In this document: positions 54,526 to 64,000 of the stretch, in pieces | How the letters are laid out: the number at the start of each line of letters is the position of its first letter | How positions within the stretch are numbered: the first letter of the stretch is position 1 | Assembly (NCBI GenBank): GCA_934163035.1 | Contig: CAKPJX010000005.1 | Span: forward strand, 1,465 to 65,464 | From: an uncultured Bacilli bacterium | GTDB lineage: Bacteria > Bacillota_I > Bacilli_A > RF39 > UBA660 | Reading direction: 5' to 3' | Length of the DNA stretch: 64,000 bases | Made by a program: the position numbers and the translations under genes | The notes under the pieces: model-generated | Database searches by the model: none | Seen by the model: only the letters and a program-made list of their open reading frames with translations | Told to the model about the DNA's origin: nothing

Positions 54526-55605
54526 ATGGAATATATAATTATATCTTTATTAGTTTTAATATTAATATTAGTAGTAATTTCACTATTTAAAAACATTAAT
54601 GAAAGTAATATAACTGAGCGTCTTGGAAAATTAGAATTGAATATGGTAAAAGAACTAGATCAGTTTAAAGACGATTTAAACAGAAACTTAAATAAGGATT
54701 TTTCATCATTAAATGAACAATTAGAAAAAAGACTAATTTCTATAAATGAAAGAGTTAATGAACGTCTTGATCAAAATTTTGATAAAACTAATAAAACTTT
54801 CATGAATGTTATTGAAAGATTGTCTAAAATAGATGAAGCTCAAAAAAAGATTGAAAATTTATCAACTGATATAGTCAGTCTTCAAAGCATTCTAACAGAT
54901 AAAAAAGCTAGAGGTATATTTGGTGAAGTTAACTTGAATCACATTTTAACAAGTGTTTTTGGAGCCAAAAATGATAATATATATAGATTACAATATACCT
55001 TAAGTACAGGTGTAATTGCTGACTCTATTGTATTTGCTCCAGATCCTCTAGGAAAAATCGTCATAGACTCTAAATTTCCATTAGAGCACTATCAGCTTAT
55101 GGTTGATAAAGATACACCAAAAGAAATGCGTCCAACCTACGAGAAAATGTTTAAACAAGATATGAAAAAGCATATAGATGCTATTAGTAGTAAATATATA
55201 ATTCCACAAGAAACAGCTGATCAGGCAATTCTATTTTTACCAGCCGAAGCAATATTTGCTGAAGTAAACGCTTATCATCAAGATATTATTGATTATGCCT
55301 ATAAAAAAAGAGTTTGGATAACTAGTCCAACAACTCTAATATCTACACTAACTGTTATTGAAATGATCATTAAAAATATTGAACGTGATAAATATACTTC
55401 TATAATTCATGAAGAATTAAACAAATTAGGGTTGGAATTTGCAAGATATAGAGAAAGATGGGATAAACTATCTAGAAGTATTCAAACAGTTAATAAAGAT
55501 ATTGAAAATGTCTCTATAACAACTGACAAAATAACTAAAAAATTTGAAAGTATAAATAAGGTAGAAATAGCTAAGTTAGATTATAATGAAACATTAGATA
55601 ACTAA
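54526..55605 (+). CDS. rmuC: DNA recombination protein RmuC
   Basis: N-terminal TM plus coiled coil, KARGIFGEVNLNHIL, IDSKFPLE, AILFLPAEAIFAEV. Confidence 0.85.
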   Translation: MEYIIISLLVLILILVVISLFKNINESNITERLGKLELNMVKELDQFKDDLNRNLNKDFSSLNEQLEKRLISINERVNERLDQNFDKTNKTFMNVIERLSKIDEAQKKIENLSTDIVSLQSILTDKKARGIFGEVNLNHILTSVFGAKNDNIYRLQYTLSTGVIADSIVFAPDPLGKIVIDSKFPLEHYQLMVDKDTPKEMRPTYEKMFKQDMKKHIDAISSKYIIPQETADQAILFLPAEAIFAEVNAYHQDIIDYAYKKRVWITSPTTLISTLTVIEMIIKNIERDKYTSIIHEELNKLGLEFARYRERWDKLSRSIQTVNKDIENVSITTDKITKKFESINKVEIAKLDYNETLDN

Positions 55606-55610
55606 ATTTA

Positions 55611-55636
55611 AAAGTACAAATATTGTACTTTTTTTG
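55611..55636 (+). terminator. Rho-independent terminator after rmuC
   Basis: AAAGTACAA / TTGTACTTT hairpin plus a T run. Confidence 0.65.
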
Positions 55637-55682
55637 TGTCCTCTAAAGTCCTAAAGTATCAAGAAAAATCATAAATTTAATT

Positions 55683-55889
55683 ATGATAACAAGATTATTT
55701 ATAATGCTAATTGGATATATACTAATGGTAATAGGATTAACTTATATAATAATATATTTTAATTTGTTTACTTTTGGATATACTATTAAAGAATATTTAA
55801 TATTTATTTTAAAAAGCTTTGAATGCAATATTTTTATAATAGGCTTTTTAATCAACATAGTAATTATTTTTACATGGAAGGGGAAATAA
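55683..55889 (+). CDS. Small hydrophobic protein (two or three TMs), hypothetical
   Basis: ORF with hydrophobic content, and its stop abuts the next start (TAAAATG). No clear RBS. Confidence 0.35.
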   Translation: MITRLFIMLIGYILMVIGLTYIIIYFNLFTFGYTIKEYLIFILKSFECNIFIIGFLINIVIIFTWKGK

Positions 55890-55890
55890 A

Positions 55891-56535
55891 ATGACTTATA
55901 TATATGATGTATTATTAAATTTTACTGATGACTATGATAGAATAGAATTCTTTGAATGGCAAGAAAATGATTGCTACGAACACATAAAAAAAATACCACT
56001 ATTTAAAATATCCTCTAATGATATGATAAATATTTGTCAAAATAGAATAAAACTATCAAAAGAATTTATTGAAGATATTAAAGGAAAAACTATATCTTAT
56101 AAAAATAAAAAAGACATTAAATATGCCTCATTATTTACAGATCAAAATAGAGTAATAGCTCTAGAATTTGATAGTAAGGGTCAAACTATTAGCTATAGTT
56201 CATTATTAATTGATGAAGAAGAAGATATAGCAGAAGAGAGTATAGATGAAGATATAACAAAAATAGAGTATGAAAAAATCTATACATATAAAATAGATCC
56301 TTTCTTAACAAGAAAAGAAACCAAGAGAAAAAAATTTCTTCTTCAGGAGTTAGCGATGCTACATAAAGAAAAAGACCTAGATAAATTTAACTATTTATAT
56401 GAAGAAATATTTAAAAAGGATAATTTATCATTTGAAAACAGATACAAAAAAATTGTTAGTGATTTAGAAACTAACTATAATTATAAATATAATGAATTAT
56501 ATAATATTGTTTGCTTATCGTATAAAAAGGGGTAA
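55891..56535 (+). CDS. Hypothetical cytoplasmic protein
   Basis: RBS GGAAGGGG. No recognised motif. Confidence 0.5.
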   Translation: MTYIYDVLLNFTDDYDRIEFFEWQENDCYEHIKKIPLFKISSNDMINICQNRIKLSKEFIEDIKGKTISYKNKKDIKYASLFTDQNRVIALEFDSKGQTISYSSLLIDEEEDIAEESIDEDITKIEYEKIYTYKIDPFLTRKETKRKKFLLQELAMLHKEKDLDKFNYLYEEIFKKDNLSFENRYKKIVSDLETNYNYKYNELYNIVCLSYKKG

Positions 56536-56690
56536 TTACTTTATATTAATACTATAGTTAAAGTGTAATATAACTAAAATTTTGTAGAAAATAAAAAACT
56601 TTGTCTAGTTTACACCTTAAATATATTTTTTTCTTTGATAAGAGGAAATGATATGACACTATTTATAATATAGAAAGATGGTAGAAATAT

Positions 56691-58382
56691 ATGAAAAACA
56701 TAATGTTAATGATATCAAAAATTGAAATGAGAGGGGAGATCTTATTAACTAGTGTATTAATAATTAGTATACTAGGACTACTACTTTTATTAATTTTAAA
56801 TCGAAGCCAAAAACTGAAATATATAAAAAAGATGGCAAGTGTAACCCTAATTTTAACTATGCTATTTTTGCCATTTACTAATTTATTAAATGTAAAAGCT
56901 GAAAATATTACAATTAGTGTCGACAATAATACTACTAAAAGTGATGATCTAAATAGTAAAAAAGCTATCGATACGACAGGGCTAAGTGTAAGTCCTTCAA
57001 ATGATCCTTTCAAAGCTTACAAGGTATTAGATATTTATTATAATAGTGCAAGTAATGAAATCTCATACGATTTTACAAGTGCTTTTACCAATTTCAAATC
57101 AAGTACTTATGCTAATTCTAATACGAAAGATTTTTCTACATTAACTGTTAGTCAGTATCTTGCCTATGGAGAAGAAGATGCTAATCAATCTGAATTCAAC
57201 TTACTAGTATCTCAATTTGCTAAGTATGTCAAGAAAAATTCAATAACAGGGATTGATTTGACACGTCAAGGATCAAATAATGCCAAAATAGAGAATATTG
57301 AGGTTGGCTCATACTTGCTTTTGCCAACGTCTAACAATTCATACACAATGGATGGTGTAACAGCTGTCAATACTTATGGGGCTTTAATTGCTAACGTTAT
57401 ATATACAGCAGGAGATAATGGATGGTACTTAAATAATTGTGAAGTACAGTCTAAGTTAAACGAAAATATTTTACAAGGGTATATACTTAATTGTGCTGTT
57501 TCAAACATAATTGATGCCATGAAAAATTTAGGTGAAGATGGGCCTGCATTGGATGGAGCTTTTTATAAAAATAGAGATTATACATATTTATTGGTCTTTT
57601 CTGGTCAAAGTAGCTATATAGAAGATAGTTCATCATGGAACTTAGCGATAACTTTGCCTGATGGAATTAATTATGATGATATATATACTATAGACCTAAA
57701 TAATATGAAACTATATCCTATTAATAATAACAAACTTTATAATGATGATAAAGTAGCAGCTGATGTTACAAAGACAAATAAAACAATAACTATAACATCA
57801 CCAACAGCTGATATTTCAGGTCTTTCACTAGTAATCGGTGTTAAATTGAGCGATACACCAATACTAGGAACAGCGGGTAATATAATAAAATCACAGTTAA
57901 CCTTTGGCTCAGATCCATATACAGAACCAGTTGAAACAAAAACAATATCATCAGAAACAAAAATTACTACTTATGGTCTTCAAATAACAAACAAAAGCGC
58001 AACTGGAGATAATAATTTATCAGGAGCAGTATTTGGAATATATACAGATAGTGAATGCACTGATAGTAACAAAATAGGAGAGGTTACTGTAACAGATGGG
58101 GTAGGAAACTTTGCGGGTATTATAGAAGGAAATTTATATATTAAACAATTAAAGGCACCAAGTGGTTACAAACTATCTAATGATGTAGTAAAGATAACAG
58201 TTGATACAGCCTCACTAACATCTGATGGATATTTCCCATTAACCGCAACAAATGCAGCAGCAGGATTTCTTCCTACAACCGGAGGACTTGGAACAATACT
58301 TTATACTTTAATAGGTTTGATAATAATTGTCTCAGGCTCAATTGCTTTTATATCATATAGAAAAAAACAAGCTACAAATTAA
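56691..58382 (+). CDS. LPXTG-anchored surface protein with a Cna-B/SpaA-type domain (pilin- or adhesin-like)
   Basis: C-terminal LPTTGGLGTILYTLIGLIIIVSGSIAFISYRKKQ sorting signal. LSGAVFGIYTD...GNLYIKQLKAPSGYKL is typical of Cna-B/SpaA folds. The start is uncertain: a second Met at 56832 precedes a signal-peptide-like segment. Confidence 0.8.
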   Translation: MKNIMLMISKIEMRGEILLTSVLIISILGLLLLLILNRSQKLKYIKKMASVTLILTMLFLPFTNLLNVKAENITISVDNNTTKSDDLNSKKAIDTTGLSVSPSNDPFKAYKVLDIYYNSASNEISYDFTSAFTNFKSSTYANSNTKDFSTLTVSQYLAYGEEDANQSEFNLLVSQFAKYVKKNSITGIDLTRQGSNNAKIENIEVGSYLLLPTSNNSYTMDGVTAVNTYGALIANVIYTAGDNGWYLNNCEVQSKLNENILQGYILNCAVSNIIDAMKNLGEDGPALDGAFYKNRDYTYLLVFSGQSSYIEDSSSWNLAITLPDGINYDDIYTIDLNNMKLYPINNNKLYNDDKVAADVTKTNKTITITSPTADISGLSLVIGVKLSDTPILGTAGNIIKSQLTFGSDPYTEPVETKTISSETKITTYGLQITNKSATGDNNLSGAVFGIYTDSECTDSNKIGEVTVTDGVGNFAGIIEGNLYIKQLKAPSGYKLSNDVVKITVDTASLTSDGYFPLTATNAAAGFLPTTGGLGTILYTLIGLIIIVSGSIAFISYRKKQATN

Positions 58383-58392
58383 TCAATATAAG

Positions 58393-58424
58393 ACTTACTA
58401 TTATTTGTATAGTAAGTTTTTTTC
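58393..58424 (+). terminator. Rho-independent terminator
   Basis: ACTTACTA / TAGTAAGT hairpin followed by TTTTTTT. Confidence 0.65.
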
Positions 58425-58447
58425 TAATGTAAAAAAGTATAAAAAGG

Positions 58448-58476
58448 TTGTCTTAAAAATAAAACTAAGATATAAT
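58448..58476 (+). promoter_or_regulatory. Sigma-A type promoter candidate for tig
   Basis: TTGTCT, 17 nt spacer, TATAAT. Confidence 0.55.
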
Positions 58477-58498
58477 ATAAGCTGTTGGAGGGATATAA

Positions 58499-59818
58499 AT
58501 GGCAAAAAAAGAAGTAAAAGAAAAAGAAATTGAAAAAAAAGAAACTGAAACAAAGGAAAAAGTAAAAACTAATATCCATGAAATAGAAGTAAAAATTGAT
58601 GGTGATGATTGGAAAAACGCTATTGATAAAGCATTCAAAAAGGCCCAAAAAACTGTAAAAGTAGATGGTTTCCGCCCAGGAAAAGTACCAAGAGATGTTT
58701 TTGAAAAACGTTTTGGAAAAGAATCATTATATAAAGATGCAGCAGATGATGCAATACAATTAGCTTACTTAAAAGCATTAAAGGATTCAGAATTAATCCC
58801 AGTTGTAAAACCAGAAGTAGGACTAAAATCAGTAACTGAAGAAGCTGCCAAATTCATTTTTAGAATAATAACAAAGCCTGAATTAAAAATAAAAAAATAT
58901 AAGGGATTAAACATACAACCAGAAGAATGCGAAGTAACTGATGAAGAAATTAATCATGAACTACATCATTTATTAGAAAAATATGTAGAACTAGAAATAA
59001 AAGATGAAGGTAAAGTTGAAAACGGAAACATTGCTATTATAGACTTTGAAGGCTTTAAAGATGGTGTTCCATTTGAAGGTGGAAAAGGAGAAAATTATTC
59101 ATTAGAAATCGGTTCACATACTTTCATACCTGGATTTGAAGAGCAAATTATTGGCATGGCTAAAGGTGAAGAAAAAGATTTAGACATAACTTTCCCTGAA
59201 GACTATGGAGCAAAAGAATTAGCCGGGGCTAAAGTAGTATTCAAGGTAAAAGTTAATGAAATTAAAGAGAAAAAAGAACGTGAACTAGACGAAGAATTCT
59301 TTGAAGATCTTGCCATGGAAGGCGTAGATTCTGAAGAAACACTAAAAGAAGAAATAAAAAAATCAATTGAGTCTCACAAAAAAGCTGACGCAGAAAACAA
59401 GTATATTGATAAATTATTAGAAGAAATAGCAAAGAACGTAGAAGTAGACATTCCTGAAGAGATGGTTAGTGAAGAAGTTGACAGATTACTTGAAAGATTC
59501 GAAGAAAACATGAAGATGCAAGGTATCTCACTAGACTTATACTATAAATTTACTAATTCAACTGAAAAAGATCTAAAAGCACAATTAGAAAAAGAAGCTT
59601 ACTCTAATGTATTATATAGATTAATGTTAGAAGAAATTATGAATTTAGAAAAAGTAGAAGTAAGTGAAGAAGAAGCTAAAAAAGAACTAAAAGAGTTATC
59701 TGAAAAGTATAAAATGACTGAAGAAGAACTTCAAAAAGAAATTGGTGGTCTAGATATGATTCAATATGATCTAGAAATGAGAAAAACAATAGAATTACTA
59801 AAAGAGCTAAACAAATAA
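58499..59818 (+). CDS. tig: Trigger factor
   Basis: VDGFRPGKVP ribosome-binding loop, FKBP-type FIPGFEEQIIGM, helical C-terminal domain. Confidence 0.95.
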   Translation: MAKKEVKEKEIEKKETETKEKVKTNIHEIEVKIDGDDWKNAIDKAFKKAQKTVKVDGFRPGKVPRDVFEKRFGKESLYKDAADDAIQLAYLKALKDSELIPVVKPEVGLKSVTEEAAKFIFRIITKPELKIKKYKGLNIQPEECEVTDEEINHELHHLLEKYVELEIKDEGKVENGNIAIIDFEGFKDGVPFEGGKGENYSLEIGSHTFIPGFEEQIIGMAKGEEKDLDITFPEDYGAKELAGAKVVFKVKVNEIKEKKERELDEEFFEDLAMEGVDSEETLKEEIKKSIESHKKADAENKYIDKLLEEIAKNVEVDIPEEMVSEEVDRLLERFEENMKMQGISLDLYYKFTNSTEKDLKAQLEKEAYSNVLYRLMLEEIMNLEKVEVSEEEAKKELKELSEKYKMTEEELQKEIGGLDMIQYDLEMRKTIELLKELNK

Positions 59819-59831
59819 AGCTCTTTTTTTT
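59801..59831 (+). terminator. Rho-independent terminator overlapping the end of tig
   Basis: AAAGAGC / GCTCTTT hairpin followed by a T run. Confidence 0.55.
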
Positions 59832-59913
59832 AATTTTCTATTAAATTCAATTGAAAAAAATTTCTATTTATTTTATAATAAAAAGCAATATGAAAATTAA
59901 CGGGTGATTATCC

Positions 59914-62235
59914 ATGAAAAAAGAAAAAACAATTGTTTTAGTAATAGATGACATGGTTATTTTTCCAAATAATGAAGTAAGAATAGAGTATGATAACATC
60001 TTTGATAAAAACTTTGTTGATATATTGGAAAATACTGAAGATGAAAATATTTTAATAGTAAATCCATTAGATGAAGACTTTAAATCAAATGTTACATCTC
60101 TACCTGGAATCGGTATTTTAGGAAGCATAAAACTAAAAATAAATGTTCCCAATAATAAAACTCGTGTTGTAATAGAAGGCTTAAAAAGAGTTAAGATATT
60201 CAATTACACTAGTGAAGATAAATACTACAAAGCTGATTATGAGGAAATAGATCAAATATCTGGTGAGGATGAACAAATATATTCAACAATATTAATTAAA
60301 TATTTAAATAATTATATTGATAAGATTCCACACATGGGTAATGCAATTATAAGTCAATTAAGTAAAGTAAATAACCTAAGTGATTTAACTGATTTAATTG
60401 CTAGCTTTATTTCCCTAGATTATAATCGTAAAAAAAAGTACATTGAAATAATTGATCCCGTAAAAAGATCAAAGCTATTAATAGAAGATATGAAAGAGGA
60501 TTTAAAAATAGCCGAGATCGAGCAAAAAATAGAAATAGATATTGAAAAACAACTAAGTGATAGTCAAAAAGAATATTTTATAAGAGAAAAAATTAAGGCA
60601 CTACAAAAAGAACTTGGTGAAAAAAATACCAAGGAAGATGAAATTTTAAGAATTAAAAAGAAATTTTCTAAATTAAAATGTAATTCAAAAATAAAAGATA
60701 GAATAAAAAGAGAAATAGCTAGATATGAAGCATTAAACTCTAATTCACCAGAACTTGGTATAATAAGAGATTATCTTGACTGGCTCCTAAATTTACCTTG
60801 GGAAATACTAACGAAAGATAATAATGATCTAGCTAAAGTTAAAAGCATTCTGGATTCATCACACTATGGCTTGGAAAAGGTAAAGGATCGTATTTTAGAG
60901 TATCTTGCAGTTAAACAAAATACTAACAATTCTAAAAGTCCAATTATTTGTTTAGTCGGCCCTCCTGGTGTTGGTAAAACATCTCTTGCTCTAAGTATAG
61001 CTAAAAGCCTAAATCGAAAAGTAGCCAAAATTAGCGTTGGTGGTATAAACGATGAAGCAGAAATAATTGGTCATAGACGTACCTACGTAGGAGCAAGTCC
61101 TGGTCGTATAATTCAAGGTATTAGAAAAGCTGGCAGTAGAAACCCAGTCTTTATAATTGACGAGATAGATAAAATGACAAAAGATATAAAAGGTGATCCA
61201 GCAAGTTCACTACTAGAAGTTCTAGATAAAGAACAAAATGACAAATTTTCCGATCACTACATTGAAGAAGACTTTGATTTATCAAAAGTAATGTTTATCG
61301 CAACAGCAAATTATGTTGAACAAATTCCATATGAACTAAAAGATCGACTAGAGATAATTAATCTTTCCAGTTACACTGAATATGAGAAATTCTATATTGC
61401 TAAAACGCACTTAGTACCTAAAAAAATGGAAGAACATGGTCTAACCCCATTACAAGTACAAATAACAGATGAGGCTATAATGTCACTGATAAGAAATTAT
61501 ACAAGAGAAGCCGGTGTCAGAGAGTTAGAAAGAATGCTTGAAGCTGTTTTAAGAAAAATAGTAAAATCAATTCTTTTAGATAAGAACCTAGCCTTTTATA
61601 AGGTTGATGAAAAAATGCTCGAAAAGTTTCTAGGCAAGCCAAAATACTCATATACCAAAAGCCTAGAAAAGACTGAACCTGGCGTAGTAAATGGTCTAGC
61701 TTATACTATCTTTGGTGGAGATGTTCTTCAAGTAGAAGCAACCTATTATAAAGGAAAAGGCAATCTTGTTTTAACAGGATCCCTAGGAGAAGTAATGGAA
61801 GAATCATGTCAAATTGCTCTTAGCTATATAAAAGCTAATGCTAAAAAATTTGGAATTGATGAAAAAAAGTTGAGTGAAAACGACATACATATTCATTTTC
61901 CAGAAGGTGCTGTTGAAAAAGATGGCCCATCAGCAGGTATAACCATTACCACAACTCTAATAAGTCTTTTCACTAATAAAGAAGTACCTAAAGATATTGC
62001 TATGACAGGAGAAATAACACTCCGAGGTAGAATCTTACCTATAGGAGGACTAAAAGAAAAATCAATAGGTGCCAGTAGAAGTAATATAAAAACAATAATT
62101 TTACCTCTAGAAAATAAAAAAGACTTAGATGATATACCAAAAGAAGTAGTCAAAAAAATTAACTTCATCTTTGTAGAAAACTACATGGATGTTTATAATG
62201 AACTATTTAAAATAGAAAAATTAGTTTCAGTATAA
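59914..62235 (+). CDS. lon: ATP-dependent Lon protease (LonA type)
   Basis: N-terminal LON domain, Walker A GPPGVGKTS, FIIDEIDK, protease site DGPSAGIT. Confidence 0.95.
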   Translation: MKKEKTIVLVIDDMVIFPNNEVRIEYDNIFDKNFVDILENTEDENILIVNPLDEDFKSNVTSLPGIGILGSIKLKINVPNNKTRVVIEGLKRVKIFNYTSEDKYYKADYEEIDQISGEDEQIYSTILIKYLNNYIDKIPHMGNAIISQLSKVNNLSDLTDLIASFISLDYNRKKKYIEIIDPVKRSKLLIEDMKEDLKIAEIEQKIEIDIEKQLSDSQKEYFIREKIKALQKELGEKNTKEDEILRIKKKFSKLKCNSKIKDRIKREIARYEALNSNSPELGIIRDYLDWLLNLPWEILTKDNNDLAKVKSILDSSHYGLEKVKDRILEYLAVKQNTNNSKSPIICLVGPPGVGKTSLALSIAKSLNRKVAKISVGGINDEAEIIGHRRTYVGASPGRIIQGIRKAGSRNPVFIIDEIDKMTKDIKGDPASSLLEVLDKEQNDKFSDHYIEEDFDLSKVMFIATANYVEQIPYELKDRLEIINLSSYTEYEKFYIAKTHLVPKKMEEHGLTPLQVQITDEAIMSLIRNYTREAGVRELERMLEAVLRKIVKSILLDKNLAFYKVDEKMLEKFLGKPKYSYTKSLEKTEPGVVNGLAYTIFGGDVLQVEATYYKGKGNLVLTGSLGEVMEESCQIALSYIKANAKKFGIDEKKLSENDIHIHFPEGAVEKDGPSAGITITTTLISLFTNKEVPKDIAMTGEITLRGRILPIGGLKEKSIGASRSNIKTIILPLENKKDLDDIPKEVVKKINFIFVENYMDVYNELFKIEKLVSV

Positions 62236-62239
62236 TAAA

Positions 62240-62275
62240 AAGAAGAGTAATAAGAATAACAACTCTTCTTTTTTC
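62240..62275 (+). terminator. Rho-independent terminator after lon
   Basis: AAGAAGAGT / ACTCTTCTT hairpin plus TTTT. Confidence 0.65.
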
Positions 62276-62297
62276 ATATTATGAGTTAGGAGGTTAT

Positions 62298-63062
62298 ATG
62301 AAAAAAATAATATCTTTTGAAAAAAATCTGGATTTTAACTCAATGATAGGGGAAGTAAGTGCTATCTCCCTTGATCATACTTTAAAATTCACAAGTGACA
62401 ACTCCATTGAAGGAGAATTTATTATAAGTGGTAAATATAAGCTGACAGAAGCATCAATATTAGAAGAAGATTTCAATTATAACTTACCAGTAGATATTTT
62501 ATTAAATGAAAAATTAGAACTTGAAACTGCTAAAATAGATATTGATGATTTTTACTATGAAATAGAAAATGATTCAACGATTGTTTGCCATATTGATGTA
62601 AAAGTAGAAGGAGTAGAAAAAATAGAAGAAGTAAAAGAAGATGAAAAGATAGTAGAAGAAGCCACTATTATAAGTGAGCCTCAAAAAGAAATCCAAGTAA
62701 TAAATACAGATGACAGCCCAAGGGAATGTGATGGTGAAAAAGAAGAACAAGAAACATGTGAAGCAAAAATAGATACGAAAAGAGATGATAATATGGAAGA
62801 AGTTCAAACAGAAGTAGAAACAGAAGAACAAGAAGAAATGAAAAATAATCAGCAAACTGAAGAAGTTGGTTCACTATTTTCATCATTTAAAGAAAGTGAT
62901 GAGACATTTTCATCATATTCAGTATATATAATAAGAGAAAATGAAACTGTTCAGTCTCTTATAGAAAAATATAAAACAACTAAAGAAGAACTAGAAAACT
63001 ACAATGACTTATCAAATATAACAATAGGCTCAAAAATAATAATACCAACAGCCAATGAATAA
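62298..63062 (+). CDS. SpoVID-like protein (N-terminal SPOCS-like region, acidic linker, C-terminal LysM)
   Basis: ISLDHTLKF...IEGEFIISGKYKL N-terminus, E-rich middle, C-terminal LysM-like YSVYIIRENETVQSLIEKYKTTKEELENYNDLSNITIGSKIIIP. Followed by a ysxE-like gene, as in B. subtilis. Confidence 0.5.
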   Translation: MKKIISFEKNLDFNSMIGEVSAISLDHTLKFTSDNSIEGEFIISGKYKLTEASILEEDFNYNLPVDILLNEKLELETAKIDIDDFYYEIENDSTIVCHIDVKVEGVEKIEEVKEDEKIVEEATIISEPQKEIQVINTDDSPRECDGEKEEQETCEAKIDTKRDDNMEEVQTEVETEEQEEMKNNQQTEEVGSLFSSFKESDETFSSYSVYIIRENETVQSLIEKYKTTKEELENYNDLSNITIGSKIIIPTANE

Positions 63063-63948
63063 TGTAGAATTACAAAAATGTCCCATATCATACAAAAGAA
63101 ACACTAAGATAGTAAATGATGGAAATACAAAATATGTCATAAAAGTTAAAAAAAGTAACACTGAAAAAATCTATGACTATCTATCAGGCCGTAAATTCAA
63201 CAATTTTCTAGCATCAATTGATAATAATAGAAGCTATGAAGTGTATCCATATATTGCTGAAAAAGAAATAACTAAAGAAGACAAGGCTATTGATTTAGTT
63301 TATACTTTGAGCTTGCTTCATACCAAAACAACAACTTATCAAAATGTGGATTTAGATAAGGTCAAAGAAATATATGAAGAAAATCAAAGTAAATTAAATT
63401 ATTTAAATTCATACTATCATGATCTTCAAGACTACATAGAATCAAAACAATATATGGCACCAGGTGAGTATCTTCTAATTAGAAATATCAGTAGAATATA
63501 TATGCTTTTAACATTCTCAAAGTATATGCTAGAAAAATGGTACAACGAAAAGCAAAAATTAAAAAAAGAACGCAATGTCTTTCTACATAATAATATTACG
63601 CTAGATCATTTCTTAGAAAATGAAAATGCTTATTTTATAAATTGGTCCAAGTCCCATAGAGGTATCGTTGTATATGACTTTCTAAACTTTTATCAAAATG
63701 AGTATAAAAGTTTAGAAATGTCATCATTATTTGAGATCTATCAAAGTAAATATAAATATACTCAAGATGAATATTATCTATTTTTATCACTATTATCTAT
63801 ACCACCAAAAATTGAATTTACTAACTCGAATTATATAAACACTCTAAATGTTAATAATTTAATGAATTATGTTGAAGGTGTAGAAAAGTTTACCTCAAAA
63901 GAAAATGAAAAATATCAAAAAGCACATCAAGAAGAACTCAATAAGTAA
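63055..63948 (+). CDS. CotS/YsxE-like spore coat protein (kinase-like fold), tentative
   Basis: Size, position after the spoVID-like gene, and the FLHNNITLDHFL...YFINWSKS segment, which resembles the CotS-family catalytic region with substitutions. Confidence 0.4.
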   Translation: MNNVELQKCPISYKRNTKIVNDGNTKYVIKVKKSNTEKIYDYLSGRKFNNFLASIDNNRSYEVYPYIAEKEITKEDKAIDLVYTLSLLHTKTTTYQNVDLDKVKEIYEENQSKLNYLNSYYHDLQDYIESKQYMAPGEYLLIRNISRIYMLLTFSKYMLEKWYNEKQKLKKERNVFLHNNITLDHFLENENAYFINWSKSHRGIVVYDFLNFYQNEYKSLEMSSLFEIYQSKYKYTQDEYYLFLSLLSIPPKIEFTNSNYINTLNVNNLMNYVEGVEKFTSKENEKYQKAHQEELNK

Positions 63949-64000
63949 AATAATAACATTTAATCTTGTTGTAATGAAAAGTAATAATAGCAATTGATAG

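Noticed and set aside
7556-62886. Around 50 short ORFs (60-145 aa) in the ORF track lying antisense to, or out of frame within, the long + strand genes. Examples: 7556-7738, 8601-8966, 9462-9788, 16488-16817, 17297-17542, 30873-31301, 31207-31578, 31988-32179, 44835-45272, 46144-46437, 50129-50386, 52798-53103, 56663-57013, 59868-60203, 62574-62886.
   Set aside because: Each is fully embedded in a longer ORF that has clear family motifs and a proper RBS. They lack RBSs and have odd, low-complexity or Leu/Phe/Ser-rich composition typical of shadow frames in AT-rich DNA.
1-64000. tRNA, rRNA, CRISPR arrays, IS elements or transposases, and prophage genes.
   Set aside because: The intergenic gaps are short (mostly under 190 nt) and AT-rich with only terminator-type hairpins. 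I found no cloverleaf-like GC-rich segments, no repeat-spacer arrays, and no transposase, integrase or phage structural motifs in any long ORF.

Overview
Strongly AT-rich, low-GC Gram-positive (Bacillota-type) chromosomal segment. Almost every real gene is on the + strand, and most have a clear GGAGG-type ribosome binding site. The outer parts are housekeeping genes. One block, ireB/yrzL-ruvX-DUF1292-mltG-O-methyltransferase-U32-U32 followed later by greA, keeps the B. subtilis yrzL...yrrO/greA order. The other, tig-lon-spoVID-like-ysxE-like, also resembles B. subtilis and suggests a spore-former lineage. Other housekeeping genes are typA (5' truncated), rpmB, dnaE, lspA, an acyl-CoA synthetase, rluD, a rhomboid protease, rmuC, and two paralogous hybrid histidine kinases.

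The centre of the window (about 25.1-53.4 kb, between greA and a rhodanese gene) is a co-directional accessory island of about 28 kb with three blocks:
- Two class B sortases plus large secreted or membrane proteins, one of them a 936-aa protein with about 30 Cys.
- A Tad/Flp-type pilus module: CpaB-like, TadA/CpaF ATPase, two T2SS-F-like platform proteins, a 55-aa pilin-like ORF missing from the ORF track, a TadE-like protein and a TadZ-like protein.
- A minimal Gram-positive type IV secretion module: two VirB2/TrbC-like proteins, VirB6-like, PrgI/VirB3-like, a split VirB4, a SpoIID+Cys-peptidase+M23 cell-wall hydrolase, and a VirD4/TraG coupling protein.

I could not see a relaxase, integrase, replication gene, tRNA, rRNA or CRISPR array anywhere in the window. 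All functional calls rest on motifs read by eye and recalled family knowledge. No database search was run.
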